Program-made: the position numbers and the translations under genes
The notes under the pieces: model-generated
What the model was told of the DNA's origin: nothing
Database searches by the model: none
What the model saw: only the letters and a program-made list of their open reading frames with translations
Origin: Candidatus Saccharimonadales bacterium
Lineage (GTDB): Bacteria > Patescibacteriota > Saccharimonadia > Saccharimonadales > UBA7683
Length of the DNA: 64,000 bases
NCBI GenBank assembly: GCA_046350615.1
Contig: JAXMAA010000001.1
Coordinates: forward strand, 8,480 to 72,479
Reading direction: 5' to 3'
Shown here: in pieces, positions 45,007 to 53,899 of the stretch
Numbering within the stretch: position 1 is the stretch's first letter
Layout of the letters: each line of letters starts with the position of its first letter

Positions 45007-45681
45007 CTATAATTTGGCAATTTGTTCGATGAGGGTTTCGAGTGGTTTTGCGGTTGCGGATAAATCCTTTACTTGGCGAAGTACTTGAGATTTGTGCGAG
45101 GCGAGTAGGCGCAGTAATTTGATGTGCTCTGTACGGAATGTGCCGTTGGGGCTTGAGTAAAAACACATCTCTTCTGCCGAAAACCCGTACAGCTCATCAT
45201 CTATCAGCTTCGCGCCTCTTTGATCAGTATGTAAGTTCGGCTCTCTTCCCTGCAGCTTCAAAAGGCGGAGGTAAAACCACGTTTTTATACCTGAGAGCGA
45301 GACTTCGGCCTCTCCTAAAATGGCGAGGGTATCTCGCAGTAGTTCGTAGTAATCTCGCTCGGCCTCATCTTCAATAATGGTATCCATCAGCTTCATGGCT
45401 TCGTAGCCAAACATCATCCGCTGCAAATCTCCCACAATACCATCCCAATGAGTTTCAAGGCGCGTGCTGATGATCCGCTGTAGATCACCCTGGGTCTGCA
45501 AAAACGTAATGGTACTTTCTGAAAAAAGCTCAATGCCTCCGGCAAGTTTACTTTTAGAGCGTCGTACACCCTTAACTATAGCTTTTACTTTACCGATTGG
45601 AGTAAGAAACGTTACAATCCGATCCGCCTCGCCGTAGTTGGTGCGTCTTAGAACAATCGCCGGTGAAGTCTGCTGCCTCAT
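45007..45681 (-). CDS. recO: DNA repair protein RecO
   Basis: N-terminal OB-fold pattern AIVLRRTNYGEADRIVTFLTPIGKV with a helical C-terminal part; the length fits RecO. Confidence 0.8.
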   Translation of the reverse strand: MRQQTSPAIVLRRTNYGEADRIVTFLTPIGKVKAIVKGVRRSKSKLAGGIELFSESTITFLQTQGDLQRIISTRLETHWDGIVGDLQRMMFGYEAMKLMDTIIEDEAERDYYELLRDTLAILGEAEVSLSGIKTWFYLRLLKLQGREPNLHTDQRGAKLIDDELYGFSAEEMCFYSSPNGTFRTEHIKLLRLLASHKSQVLRQVKDLSATAKPLETLIEQIAKL

Positions 45682-46079
45682 ACCTGCACCTCAACATATG
45701 CAAGCTGCTTTTTAACAGCAGCTACCAGATCTTGCGGCTTGGTTTTTGATTTATCAAGATACTCCTGAACGCCATACTGCCGCCATCGTTCTTGGCTCAT
45801 CCTAAAATCGTGAGGAGAAACATTACTTAAAATAACGACTGGTATTTGACCGCTGTCTTCATACGAGGCAAGTTCATGCAGCAGCTCAATACCATTATGT
45901 TGGGGTAAAAACATGTCAAGAATAATAAGATCGATCTTCTTGTTGGTATCGAGTTGTGTCAATGCAGCATCAGCACTTGCAGCAGTCAGCACACTACAGC
46001 TGGGTATTTTTTGCACAATATCATGGTACAGCTCGGCAAGCCATGGATCGTCTTCAACCAGTAGAATTGTGTATGTCAT
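45678..46079 (-). CDS. Response regulator, receiver domain only
   Basis: ILLVEDDPWL, DLIILDMFLPQHNG, ILSN, K. Overlaps both the histidine kinase gene and recO by 4 nt. Confidence 0.9.
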   Translation of the reverse strand: MTYTILLVEDDPWLAELYHDIVQKIPSCSVLTAASADAALTQLDTNKKIDLIILDMFLPQHNGIELLHELASYEDSGQIPVVILSNVSPHDFRMSQERWRQYGVQEYLDKSKTKPQDLVAAVKKQLAYVEVQV

Positions 46080-46813
46080 AACTCAAACAAACTCAGTTGG
46101 TGAGATAACTGAAGGTTAACCAGAAAGCTCGAGCCATCTTTGCGTCGTGTTAATTCGAGGCTTCCGTTCATCGCCTCAGTCAGTTGCTTAGCAATATACA
46201 GCCCCAGACCGGTGCTGGTTGCCCACTGCGGCACTGGGCGTTGCATCCGGCCAAATTGAGAGAAGAGTCGCTTCAAATCTGAACGCTTGATTCCTTGCCC
46301 ATAATCCTTCACAGCCACCTGTGCCCCCCCACGCCGGAGCCGGCTTTCAAGCTCAATCGTACATTCCGCCTTAGAATATTTAATGGCGTTATCTAGCAAG
46401 TTGAACACCACGGCATGCAAGCAGCTTTTATCAGCAAGAACCATCTGTTTTTGGCGTCCACTTTTTACTTGAATAAGCTGCGCTTGTTTGCGCGCGTGCG
46501 GCTCAAGCTCGTGCGCAACTTCTTCTAGAATAAGCTGCGGGCAGAGTGGTTCAAGATGAAGTTCAAGCATGTGCTGATCAAGCTCATATCCTCGCAAAAT
46601 ACCATCAATTAATCCAAGCAGCCGATCTGATGAAAATTGAATACGCTCTACGTACTGTTGATACTGTCGTGGATCAATGGCAGAATCTTGCAGCTGTGCA
46701 CTGAGGCCGCTAATAAGTGTTAGGGGTGATTTTAATTCGTGCGCCACACTGGCAATAAGCTGTTGATTCACAGCCTCTAGGCCCCCGTCTGCCTCGTCTC
46801 GCAATTGGCTCAC
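46076..46813 (-). CDS. Cytoplasmic histidine kinase (HisKA plus HATPase_c, no sensor domain)
   Basis: H-box AHELKSPL, NLLDNAIKYS, DYGQGI, TGLGLYIAK. Confidence 0.9.
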   Translation of the reverse strand: MSQLRDEADGGLEAVNQQLIASVAHELKSPLTLISGLSAQLQDSAIDPRQYQQYVERIQFSSDRLLGLIDGILRGYELDQHMLELHLEPLCPQLILEEVAHELEPHARKQAQLIQVKSGRQKQMVLADKSCLHAVVFNLLDNAIKYSKAECTIELESRLRRGGAQVAVKDYGQGIKRSDLKRLFSQFGRMQRPVPQWATSTGLGLYIAKQLTEAMNGSLELTRRKDGSSFLVNLQLSHQLSLFEL

Positions 46814-46883
46814 TTCCCTCCTTACTTTTGTAGCCTTATTATAGCTGGAGCTAGTGCCAAAAATCGAGTGCTTGTGTTTATTA

Positions 46884-47064
46884 GGGTTAGATATTAGAGC
46901 TTAGTTCTTAGTTCTTAGATCTTAGAAATAGACATAAAGCTGTCATCTCGACTTTATGGAGAGATCCGCTCTCTGATTAGCTTGGATGGTAGATCTTTCG
47001 ACAGGCTCAAGATGACGGCATATACAATCTTGTGGTCTCACTCTGAGAACTAAGATCTAACCCC
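46884..47064. repeat. Nested palindromic unit: outer TTAG-rich inverted repeat enclosing a GTCAT module
   Basis: Outer arms GGGTTAGAT..CTTAGTTCTTAG (46884-) and CTGAGAACTAAGATCTAACCCC (47043-47064). The inner part runs GTCATCTCGAC (46942) ... CTCAAGATGAC (47016). Confidence 0.7.
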
Positions 47065-47094
47065 TGCTATCTATTTGCTATTATCTGTTATCTA

Positions 47095-47736
47095 CTATGG
47101 GACAAAGCTCAAACCAGGGAGAACAATCTTATCAAAATCGCCTCGGAACTCGACATTTTCAGTCCACACCTTCAAGGTTTTATCTCTCAGTGGGAAAATC
47201 ACCAAGCTTCCTTCTTGATCTTTCTTCAGAAAACCATCCAACCGCGAACCTTTCACGCCAGAAACTTGCACGGAACTCGCCTTCAAATCACCTTTTTTCA
47301 ACTGAGATTCATAAGTTCTCATCTCATCCGCAAACGCCTTCGTGACAACGCTCATACGCAGTGCGTAATTCACATTTTTAGATGGTACGTAGTTTGGATG
47401 TCCGTAGTAATCAATGCCAGAGTTACCATTGATATCAACGTAACTACTCCATGTTTTTGGGAAGGTTAATTGAACACTACCCAGCTCGGTTGGCGATGTA
47501 TAACTTCTGGTAGGGAGCTTCTCGCGATCGGCAAAATCCTCTTCAAGATCTTTCCGCTGTGCATCTTCAGCCTCTTTAACAGCAGCTTCAATACGAGGTT
47601 GATTACCGTCTCGCTGATCAACAAATTTACCATAATATACCACTGCCATAGCAGAGGCGACAACAAGCACAATACCCGCAATGATCAAGGGGATCAGCAA
47701 CGGATTTAATATTCCAGTTTGATTAAGTTTACGCAT
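47095..47736 (-). CDS. Hypothetical membrane-anchored protein
   Basis: N-terminal TM segment (LLIPLIIAGIVLVVASAMAVVYY) followed by a soluble domain. Confidence 0.45.
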   Translation of the reverse strand: MRKLNQTGILNPLLIPLIIAGIVLVVASAMAVVYYGKFVDQRDGNQPRIEAAVKEAEDAQRKDLEEDFADREKLPTRSYTSPTELGSVQLTFPKTWSSYVDINGNSGIDYYGHPNYVPSKNVNYALRMSVVTKAFADEMRTYESQLKKGDLKASSVQVSGVKGSRLDGFLKKDQEGSLVIFPLRDKTLKVWTENVEFRGDFDKIVLPGLSFVP

Positions 47737-47768
47737 ATGCTTAATGGTACCGAAAATTGCTTAGAGTA

Positions 47769-48188
47769 TCAAGCTACAGATGCAACTTCTGGCATAGAAG
47801 AGACCTCAACCAATACACTTATAGGATCAGCAGTGAAGCCACCTGGCCCATAATGTCTATACACAGAGATAATACGCCCATCATCAAGCTTAAAGCTCGC
47901 AGTTCTTACACGAGTATTCTCATCCGCCACATCACTAAACTCGGTAGATCGGCCATAAAATGCCCTAGCAATCTTAAGCTCGATAATGCGTGCCGTTTCT
48001 TCTACACCTTCAATTTTAATATCGTTCTCCCTGCTAGAAAGCAATGCGCCATCTTTCGTACTATCATATACAATAGTGATCGTACCATGCTCAATTTCCG
48101 AATCTAGCTGCTCGATGATACTTTCTGGGCTTACTTCTGGACGATCCCTATGATCGATTATTTCGTAGTTTGGGTTTTTACCATCCAT
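47769..48188 (-). CDS. Hypothetical protein
   Basis: ORF only. Confidence 0.4.
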   Translation of the reverse strand: MDGKNPNYEIIDHRDRPEVSPESIIEQLDSEIEHGTITIVYDSTKDGALLSSRENDIKIEGVEETARIIELKIARAFYGRSTEFSDVADENTRVRTASFKLDDGRIISVYRHYGPGGFTADPISVLVEVSSMPEVASVA

Positions 48189-48221
48189 ACATCATATTAT
48201 AGCATAAGTGGTATATAAAAG

Positions 48222-48704
48222 TCAATACTTATAGAGGTACAGGGCGCCCTGAACGGCTTTTGGCTTCTTGTTAGGAATTTGAAACGTATAACTGACCAGT
48301 TGACTGCCCTTTTTTAGTTCTTTTGAAAGTTTGGCGTCGAGCTTTGGCATGTATTTATCCAGCAAAAAGACGAATACGCCTTTGGTCTCTGGCGACAGAG
48401 TAATCTTCCAGAAGTTTTTACAGCGCACTGTAACTAAATCTCGAACCTTCCGAGTGCGCCACACGGCAACTGCCCATACAAACGGATTTAGTTCGTAACC
48501 GTAGCAGCGAAGACCGCGCCGCGCCGCAGCCACCAAAAGTGCGCCGTCACCGCAGCCAAGATCAACAAACACCTCACCCTCTTTAAGGCCCAGCATATCG
48601 AGCGCTTGCTCCGCCTGCTCGCGCCGCGTTGGCAAATACGGCGCGCCGTAAAGCAGCACGAAAGCAAATGGCAGAACAATCAAGCATAGCGCCAGCCAAA
48701 TCAT
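48222..48704 (-). CDS. Class I SAM-dependent methyltransferase with N-terminal TM
   Basis: Motif I VFVDLGCGDGALLV. The start is taken at MIWLAL (48704). Confidence 0.7.
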   Translation of the reverse strand: MIWLALCLIVLPFAFVLLYGAPYLPTRREQAEQALDMLGLKEGEVFVDLGCGDGALLVAAARRGLRCYGYELNPFVWAVAVWRTRKVRDLVTVRCKNFWKITLSPETKGVFVFLLDKYMPKLDAKLSKELKKGSQLVSYTFQIPNKKPKAVQGALYLYKY

Positions 48705-48904
48705 ACAACCACCTTTTTTAAATCCAGATAACCCTCGCAAAGCGAGTCAGCCAGCCTCCACCCCCTCACAAAAACCCGAATACCGGAAGCTTTGTTTTTC
48801 CGAGTCAAGGAGCAACTTGCCCGAACCCATAACTTTACACTTTGTGAGGGATGCTTGTCATTGTTGCGACGCGGAAAAAACAAAGCTGGAGGTATATCGA
48901 GCTT

Positions 48905-49185
48905 TTGGTGTCGGGGGTGCAGTTTTGTTTTGCTTTTGCTGCCAAAAGCGAAGAGAGAAACACGGTTTTTTATACCCCTACTTTTTGATAGCAAAAAGAT
49001 AGCAAAAACTACCAACCAGAACTCACCAAGACGAAGCTTCGTACCACACTTTGTTCTTGGGTCACTGCGGAACTCAGCCTGATTAACATCAGGCTTCAAA
49101 CATCCTCGCGACGCCAGGAACAAAGCATGGTGCTCCACTCGGTTGGATCGATGGTTGGGGAGCTGCATCGGCAGATGGTAGTCGA
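48905..49185. ncRNA. Unknown conserved structured intergenic element, copy 2
   Basis: Perfect blocks shared with copy 1 at 49012-49034, 49065-49075, 49100-49107 and 49133-49159. The hairpins GCTTTTG-CTGC-CAAAAGC (48932) and CTTTTTG-ATAG-CAAAAAG (48981) covary with those of copy 1. Confidence 0.4.
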
Positions 49186-49227
49186 TTCTAAATTCTATAG
49201 AGCTTGTATCGAGCACCGTCTGTTTGA

Positions 49228-49431
49228 TCATGGGGTGAATTTTTGTTTGATGATTTCTACTTGGTTTTTGGCATCTTTCAGCTGAGCTTCTAGCTCCTGC
49301 GAAAGCTTCAAGGCCTGCTCGTATTTTTCAAGCGATTCTTCCACCGTAATTTCTTCAGACTCAAACCAAGCCAGCAAGGCCTCAAGCCGTTCCATCTTCT
49401 GGGCAATTGTGGTTTTTTTACTTTCTGACAT
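49228..49431 (-). CDS. xseB: Exodeoxyribonuclease VII small subunit
   Basis: Small helical protein (LEALLAWFESEEITVEESLEKYEQALKL); overlaps xseA. Confidence 0.85.
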   Translation of the reverse strand: MSESKKTTIAQKMERLEALLAWFESEEITVEESLEKYEQALKLSQELEAQLKDAKNQVEIIKQKFTP

Positions 49432-50545
49432 CTGTTACCCTTGCTCCTATCACACCATCTTTCAATTGAATATTCAGCTCATCATCTAGTATAACAGCCG
49501 AGGCTGAGCTAATAATCTGCTCATCTTTTTTCACCAGCCCATATCCACGCCGCAGCACAACCTCAGGATTTAATTGCAAAAGTGTTTGGTTCATGAGTAA
49601 AAGGCGGCCCTCAAGCTGTGAAAAAAAGGTTTGAAGTGATTTTTCAATACCATCTTGCACAACCTCTCGATCTTCAACGAACACTCGAATTGCAGCCGTC
49701 ACACCGTTGTGGGCCATCGATGTGAGTCGTTCCACTTTTTCAAAAACCTGATGCTTGCTCGGCACCAGAAGCTCGGCAGCATTACTCGGTGTTGCAGCGC
49801 GCAGATCTGCTGCAAGATCAGCCAAAGTTACATCGACCTCATGTCCCACGCCCGTAATAGTTGGTGCTCTACTCGCCGCTACAGCACGCACCACATCTTC
49901 ATGATTAAAAGCCGCCAAATCGTCAGCACTGCCGCCACCGCGAATTACTGCGATCACATCGAGCGGCTCCGCCAGCTCATTTAAGTGTTTCAATGCACCG
50001 ATAAGCTGAGCTGGAGCTTCAACACCCTGCACGGCGCAATCCGCTAAAACGATCTGGAGATCCCCCCACCGATTATCTAAAATCTTGATGAAATCAGCGT
50101 AACCGGCAGCCTGAGAAGAGCTGACCACGCCAATACGTCTTGGAATTTTTGGCAAGAGCCGCTTGCGTCCCTCATCAAAAAGCCCTTCAGCCACCAGCTT
50201 TGCCTTCAAAAGCTCAAATGATTTTTTTAAACTCCCCTCGCCCACTGGCATAACCTCTCGAACCGTCAGGCTAAACTTACCCCACTGAGTAAGTTTTGGC
50301 TGCGCCGAAATCCGCACCTTCATGCCATCTTGCAGCGGAAACTTCAGTGCAAACGCCATCATAAAACAGCCGAGACTCGCCGCCTCATCCTTCACATCGA
50401 AAAAAACAAACTTACCCTGATTCACCTTAAAGCTTGCCACCTCGCCTTCAACAAGAATAAACGGATACGCCTCATCAAGCGTCTGATTAATTAAATCGAT
50501 GGCATCACTTACGCCAAGTGTCACATCATCCATGCTTGAGCTCAT
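49418..50545 (-). CDS. xseA: Exodeoxyribonuclease VII large subunit
   Basis: N-terminal OB fold (ILVEGEVASFKVNQGKFVFFDVKD) and catalytic core (RIGVVSS...IRGGGS..DL..FN). Confidence 0.9.
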   Translation of the reverse strand: MSSSMDDVTLGVSDAIDLINQTLDEAYPFILVEGEVASFKVNQGKFVFFDVKDEAASLGCFMMAFALKFPLQDGMKVRISAQPKLTQWGKFSLTVREVMPVGEGSLKKSFELLKAKLVAEGLFDEGRKRLLPKIPRRIGVVSSSQAAGYADFIKILDNRWGDLQIVLADCAVQGVEAPAQLIGALKHLNELAEPLDVIAVIRGGGSADDLAAFNHEDVVRAVAASRAPTITGVGHEVDVTLADLAADLRAATPSNAAELLVPSKHQVFEKVERLTSMAHNGVTAAIRVFVEDREVVQDGIEKSLQTFFSQLEGRLLLMNQTLLQLNPEVVLRRGYGLVKKDEQIISSASAVILDDELNIQLKDGVIGARVTDVRK

Positions 50546-51581
50546 CCGGCGTTTTGCCCAAACTTGGCAATGCTTTGTGATAAAAATAGTATCCTACTGG
50601 CAAGCTCAGCAGCAGGTTCAGTACTCGGTACATCACCGTTACTGAAATCGCCAGACCAGCCGGCACCCCGGCTGAAACCAATACAGCCGCCATCAAACCC
50701 TCGTACACTCCAATACCACCCGGTAGCACCGCCACAAGACCAGCAAAATTAGCCAGCGCATAGGCGATAATAATTGCTCCGGGGTTCACAAACTGACCAT
50801 ATGCAATATACACAATGTAAATTGTTGCGAGCTCTGTTATATTCGCCAGTATAGAGTAGAAAAAAGGTGTTTTTAGCTGCGGTAGCTTAGTGCGAAGTAG
50901 CACGTAATTTTCATGCATTTCGTTACCCAACTTTTCAACTCGGGCCAAACCAATTGTTTCCGGATGACTCGGCCGAACAAGGTGCAGTAAGCGATTTACT
51001 AATTTCGTCAGTGTTTTGGTAAATGTTTTAATGCGAGCTTTTTTGCTGACAATGTAGCCGCCCACCACAATAGTAAATACCGTCAAGAAGCTCAGGCTAC
51101 AAGTAATCAGAATCGTCATATTGCTCGCACTGCCACCAAGAGCCAACAAGAACAGCCCAATAAACAGCAGAATCACGTAGCTCGCAAAAGTTAACATAAA
51201 TCTCATAGTCTGAGTCAGTGTTGCCTGCGCCGTACTCACACCGACCGATTTCAAACGAGCCGCAAAATAACTAAAGCCCGAAACCCCGCCACTCGGAAAA
51301 ACGTGATTGACAAAATTTAATTCCAGAGAGACTTTGTACATAAATTTAGTCGGCAGTTTCTTACCCAAAATCTTCAAAAATTCCTGATACAAATGTGCAT
51401 ATGCAGCATAATTCTGCGCTTGCAGCGGAATCATCAACAGAAGTGCAACTGTGTTAATTTTACCCAAATCACGCAGGGCATGCGCAATATCGTGACGCAC
51501 TAAAAAAACGGCCAGGCCGAGTAGCCCAAAAGTTATAATGTTTAAAAACAGCTTCCAGCGTTGCTTAAATAATTGTTTCAT
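50526..51581 (-). CDS. Flippase-like/lysyl-PG-synthase TM-region family membrane protein (UPF0104)
   Basis: Eight or more TM segments with the VLPGGIGVYEG motif near the C-terminus. Confidence 0.65.
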   Translation of the reverse strand: MKQLFKQRWKLFLNIITFGLLGLAVFLVRHDIAHALRDLGKINTVALLLMIPLQAQNYAAYAHLYQEFLKILGKKLPTKFMYKVSLELNFVNHVFPSGGVSGFSYFAARLKSVGVSTAQATLTQTMRFMLTFASYVILLFIGLFLLALGGSASNMTILITCSLSFLTVFTIVVGGYIVSKKARIKTFTKTLTKLVNRLLHLVRPSHPETIGLARVEKLGNEMHENYVLLRTKLPQLKTPFFYSILANITELATIYIVYIAYGQFVNPGAIIIAYALANFAGLVAVLPGGIGVYEGLMAAVLVSAGVPAGLAISVTVMYRVLNLLLSLPVGYYFYHKALPSLGKTPDELKHG

Positions 51582-52078
51582 CTCGCCCGCCTCTTAGCCA
51601 TCACATTTAGTATCAGTAGGATGCATAAAAAACCAACAAATGCACCGACATTGTTTGCCACTAGATCAATGTTGGTATCAAGCTTGGTAGAAATATACAC
51701 ATGCCGAGTAGTCAGCTCGCCAATTAGTTCAGCAATTTCATTCACATTTCCAAGAATATTAACAACCGAAAACAACAAAAAAAACCGCGGCCACAATATC
51801 AACCGCGGCCACAAACGGCTAATAACATACGCCGTCATGATCGCCACCACCACTCCGCCACCAATAGCATGATGCAAAAAGTTTGCCGGCAAACGATCAA
51901 GAAAATAATATGGAATTGTCGAGGCTGCAAACTGCACACCCGCCGCCAAAAGCGGCACCAACAGATCATTTCGCCGCCAACTATAGCCACTTTTAAGAAT
52001 ACATGTTTGATACCAGTAGATCACCACAAGAGGCAAGCCGGCAGTAGCAATCAACAAAATAATCCCAAGCATCAGCAC
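51578..52078 (-). CDS. VanZ-like membrane protein
   Basis: Four TM segments; the C-terminal DLVANNVGAFVGF resembles the VanZ family motif. Confidence 0.5.
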   Translation of the reverse strand: MLMLGIILLIATAGLPLVVIYWYQTCILKSGYSWRRNDLLVPLLAAGVQFAASTIPYYFLDRLPANFLHHAIGGGVVVAIMTAYVISRLWPRLILWPRFFLLFSVVNILGNVNEIAELIGELTTRHVYISTKLDTNIDLVANNVGAFVGFLCILLILNVMAKRRAR

Positions 52079-52373
52079 CTAGTATACCAGCCGCCCAAAA
52101 AATCGCATCGTACAAAAATACCATTTTCCGTCCAATCGGACGTTTTTTAGTACAAATACGTTGCCTTGAAATTACACGATCTTATTCGATACAAATCATA
52201 AACATAACATTAATCGTATTATAACTACCCATGTATGCACTGCCCAACCGTTTCTATCACCTGGCCGTTTGAATAAAAATTATACTAAATTTTGTCCAAT
52301 TGGACGATTTTTAGTATATTTTCTATTCTAGGATGGCTTGATACTTGCTGTTTACTGGGTAATACTTATCGGT

Positions 52374-53612
52374 ATGCAGATTGTGATTTTAGGGAGGCAA
52401 CCGAAACTTTCTTTGGCGGAGCTGGAGAGTTTGTTTGGTGCTGAAAAAATTATTGAGATATCGGACTATGCGGCACTTGTGACGAGCGAGGATCCTCTGC
52501 CTCAAGCACGACTTGGTGGCACCATGAAGTGCGCTCGCCTGCTTTCTCGGCTAGAAAATACGGATCTTTCCGGCGCTTTTTCATATCTACAAACAAACAC
52601 CCCTGAACACCTTCAGTATCTCCCAGATGGAAAACTCCAGTTTGGCGTAAGTATCTACGGCTTTAAGGCGCAGAAAAATTGGCTACTCAAACAGATGTTA
52701 GAGCTAAAAAAAATCATTAAAAAGCAGGGCCGCAGCGTTCGGATTATTGAAAATAAATCTGAAGCGTTAGAGAGCGCGCAAGTTCTCTACAATAAACTTA
52801 CAGGCCCGCTTGGTTGGGAGTTACTACTTATAAAAGATCGCGACGATGTCATCTTAGCACAAACCTACGCCGTGCAAGATATCGATGCCTACGCCGCCCG
52901 AGATTTTGAGCGACCAAAACGCGATGCATTTGTGGGTATGCTGCCACCGAAACTTGCGCAGATTATGATCAACCTTGCCGCATCAAGGATAGTAGATACA
53001 AACAAACAGATAACAGATGGGGCTGCATCCGAAGCCTGCATCCTCGACCCATTTTGTGGCACCGGTGTAGTGCTACAAGAAGCCATATTGATGGGCTTTG
53101 CCACCTATGGCTCTGACATCTCGGAGAAAATGGTTGAATATAGTACTGAAAACATAAAATGGCTCCAAGATCAGATCCTTCGACAAGCTCAGGATGGCCC
53201 ACTGCAATGGCGTATTGAAACAGGCGATGCTATAAACCACCACTGGGATTTCTCTAAAATCCATTCTTTAAACCCTCAGATCTCTGTGGTGTGCGAAACA
53301 TACCTTGGTACACCGCTTGCTTCACTTCCTGAAACGCATCGGCTAGACACAATCATGGATGAAGCCAATACAATTGCTGAAGGTTTTTTGCAAAATATCT
53401 CCAGTCAGCTCAAAAAAGGGACTCGGTTCTGCGTAGCATTCCCCGCCTGGTATCTGGGAAATAGCGAGTTTAAACACCTCAAAGTGCTTGACCATCTGGC
53501 AGATCTGGGGTACAATCGATTAGATTTAGTCCACGCCGATAAAAAAGATTTAATCTATCACAGAGAAAATCAGGTTGTGGCAAGAGAATTAACCATTTTG
53601 GAGAAGAAATAG
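52374..53612 (+). CDS. N6/N2-type RNA/DNA methyltransferase (UPF0020-like) carrying an embedded repeat arm
   Basis: Motif I LDPFCGTGVVLQEA. The start is taken at MQIVILGR. Residues ILRQAQDG are encoded by a GTCAT-family repeat arm (53173-53197). Confidence 0.7.
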   Translation: MQIVILGRQPKLSLAELESLFGAEKIIEISDYAALVTSEDPLPQARLGGTMKCARLLSRLENTDLSGAFSYLQTNTPEHLQYLPDGKLQFGVSIYGFKAQKNWLLKQMLELKKIIKKQGRSVRIIENKSEALESAQVLYNKLTGPLGWELLLIKDRDDVILAQTYAVQDIDAYAARDFERPKRDAFVGMLPPKLAQIMINLAASRIVDTNKQITDGAASEACILDPFCGTGVVLQEAILMGFATYGSDISEKMVEYSTENIKWLQDQILRQAQDGPLQWRIETGDAINHHWDFSKIHSLNPQISVVCETYLGTPLASLPETHRLDTIMDEANTIAEGFLQNISSQLKKGTRFCVAFPAWYLGNSEFKHLKVLDHLADLGYNRLDLVHADKKDLIYHRENQVVARELTILEKK

Positions 53613-53613
53613 T

Positions 53614-53886
53614 ATGTCACATGTCAAAGCTGGCGGCTCAGCCAAAAACCTTAAAGACTCACCCGGCCAGCGGCTTGGCGTAAAACGCTATGGCGGCCAA
53701 AAAGTAAAAACCGGCGAAGTTATTGTTCGCCAAGTTGGCATGACCAAACGATCTGGTGAAGGCACATTCATCAGTAAAAACTTCACTATTCACGCCGCCA
53801 AAGATGGCGTCGTAGAATTCACCAAAAAGAAGGTTAAAACCTTCACCGGGCGCTCGGTCCCTCGCGTCGAAGTTTCTGTTAAGTAA
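53614..53886 (+). CDS. rpmA: 50S ribosomal protein L27
   Basis: HVKAGGSAKNLKDSPGQRLGVKRYGGQKV..GEVIVRQ.G matches the L27 N-terminal signature. Confidence 0.95.
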   Translation: MSHVKAGGSAKNLKDSPGQRLGVKRYGGQKVKTGEVIVRQVGMTKRSGEGTFISKNFTIHAAKDGVVEFTKKKVKTFTGRSVPRVEVSVK

Positions 53887-53899
53887 CCGACACGCTCAA

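Noticed and set aside
2007-47064. The recurring hairpin repeats as a CRISPR array.
   Set aside because: The copies are dispersed over tens of kilobases, are not regularly spaced, differ in sequence and orientation, and have no cas genes nearby.
18164-49185. The two element copies as a diversity-generating retroelement template/variable repeat pair.
   Set aside because: There is no reverse transcriptase nearby. The differences are not confined to adenine positions. Neither copy lies inside a target gene 3' end.
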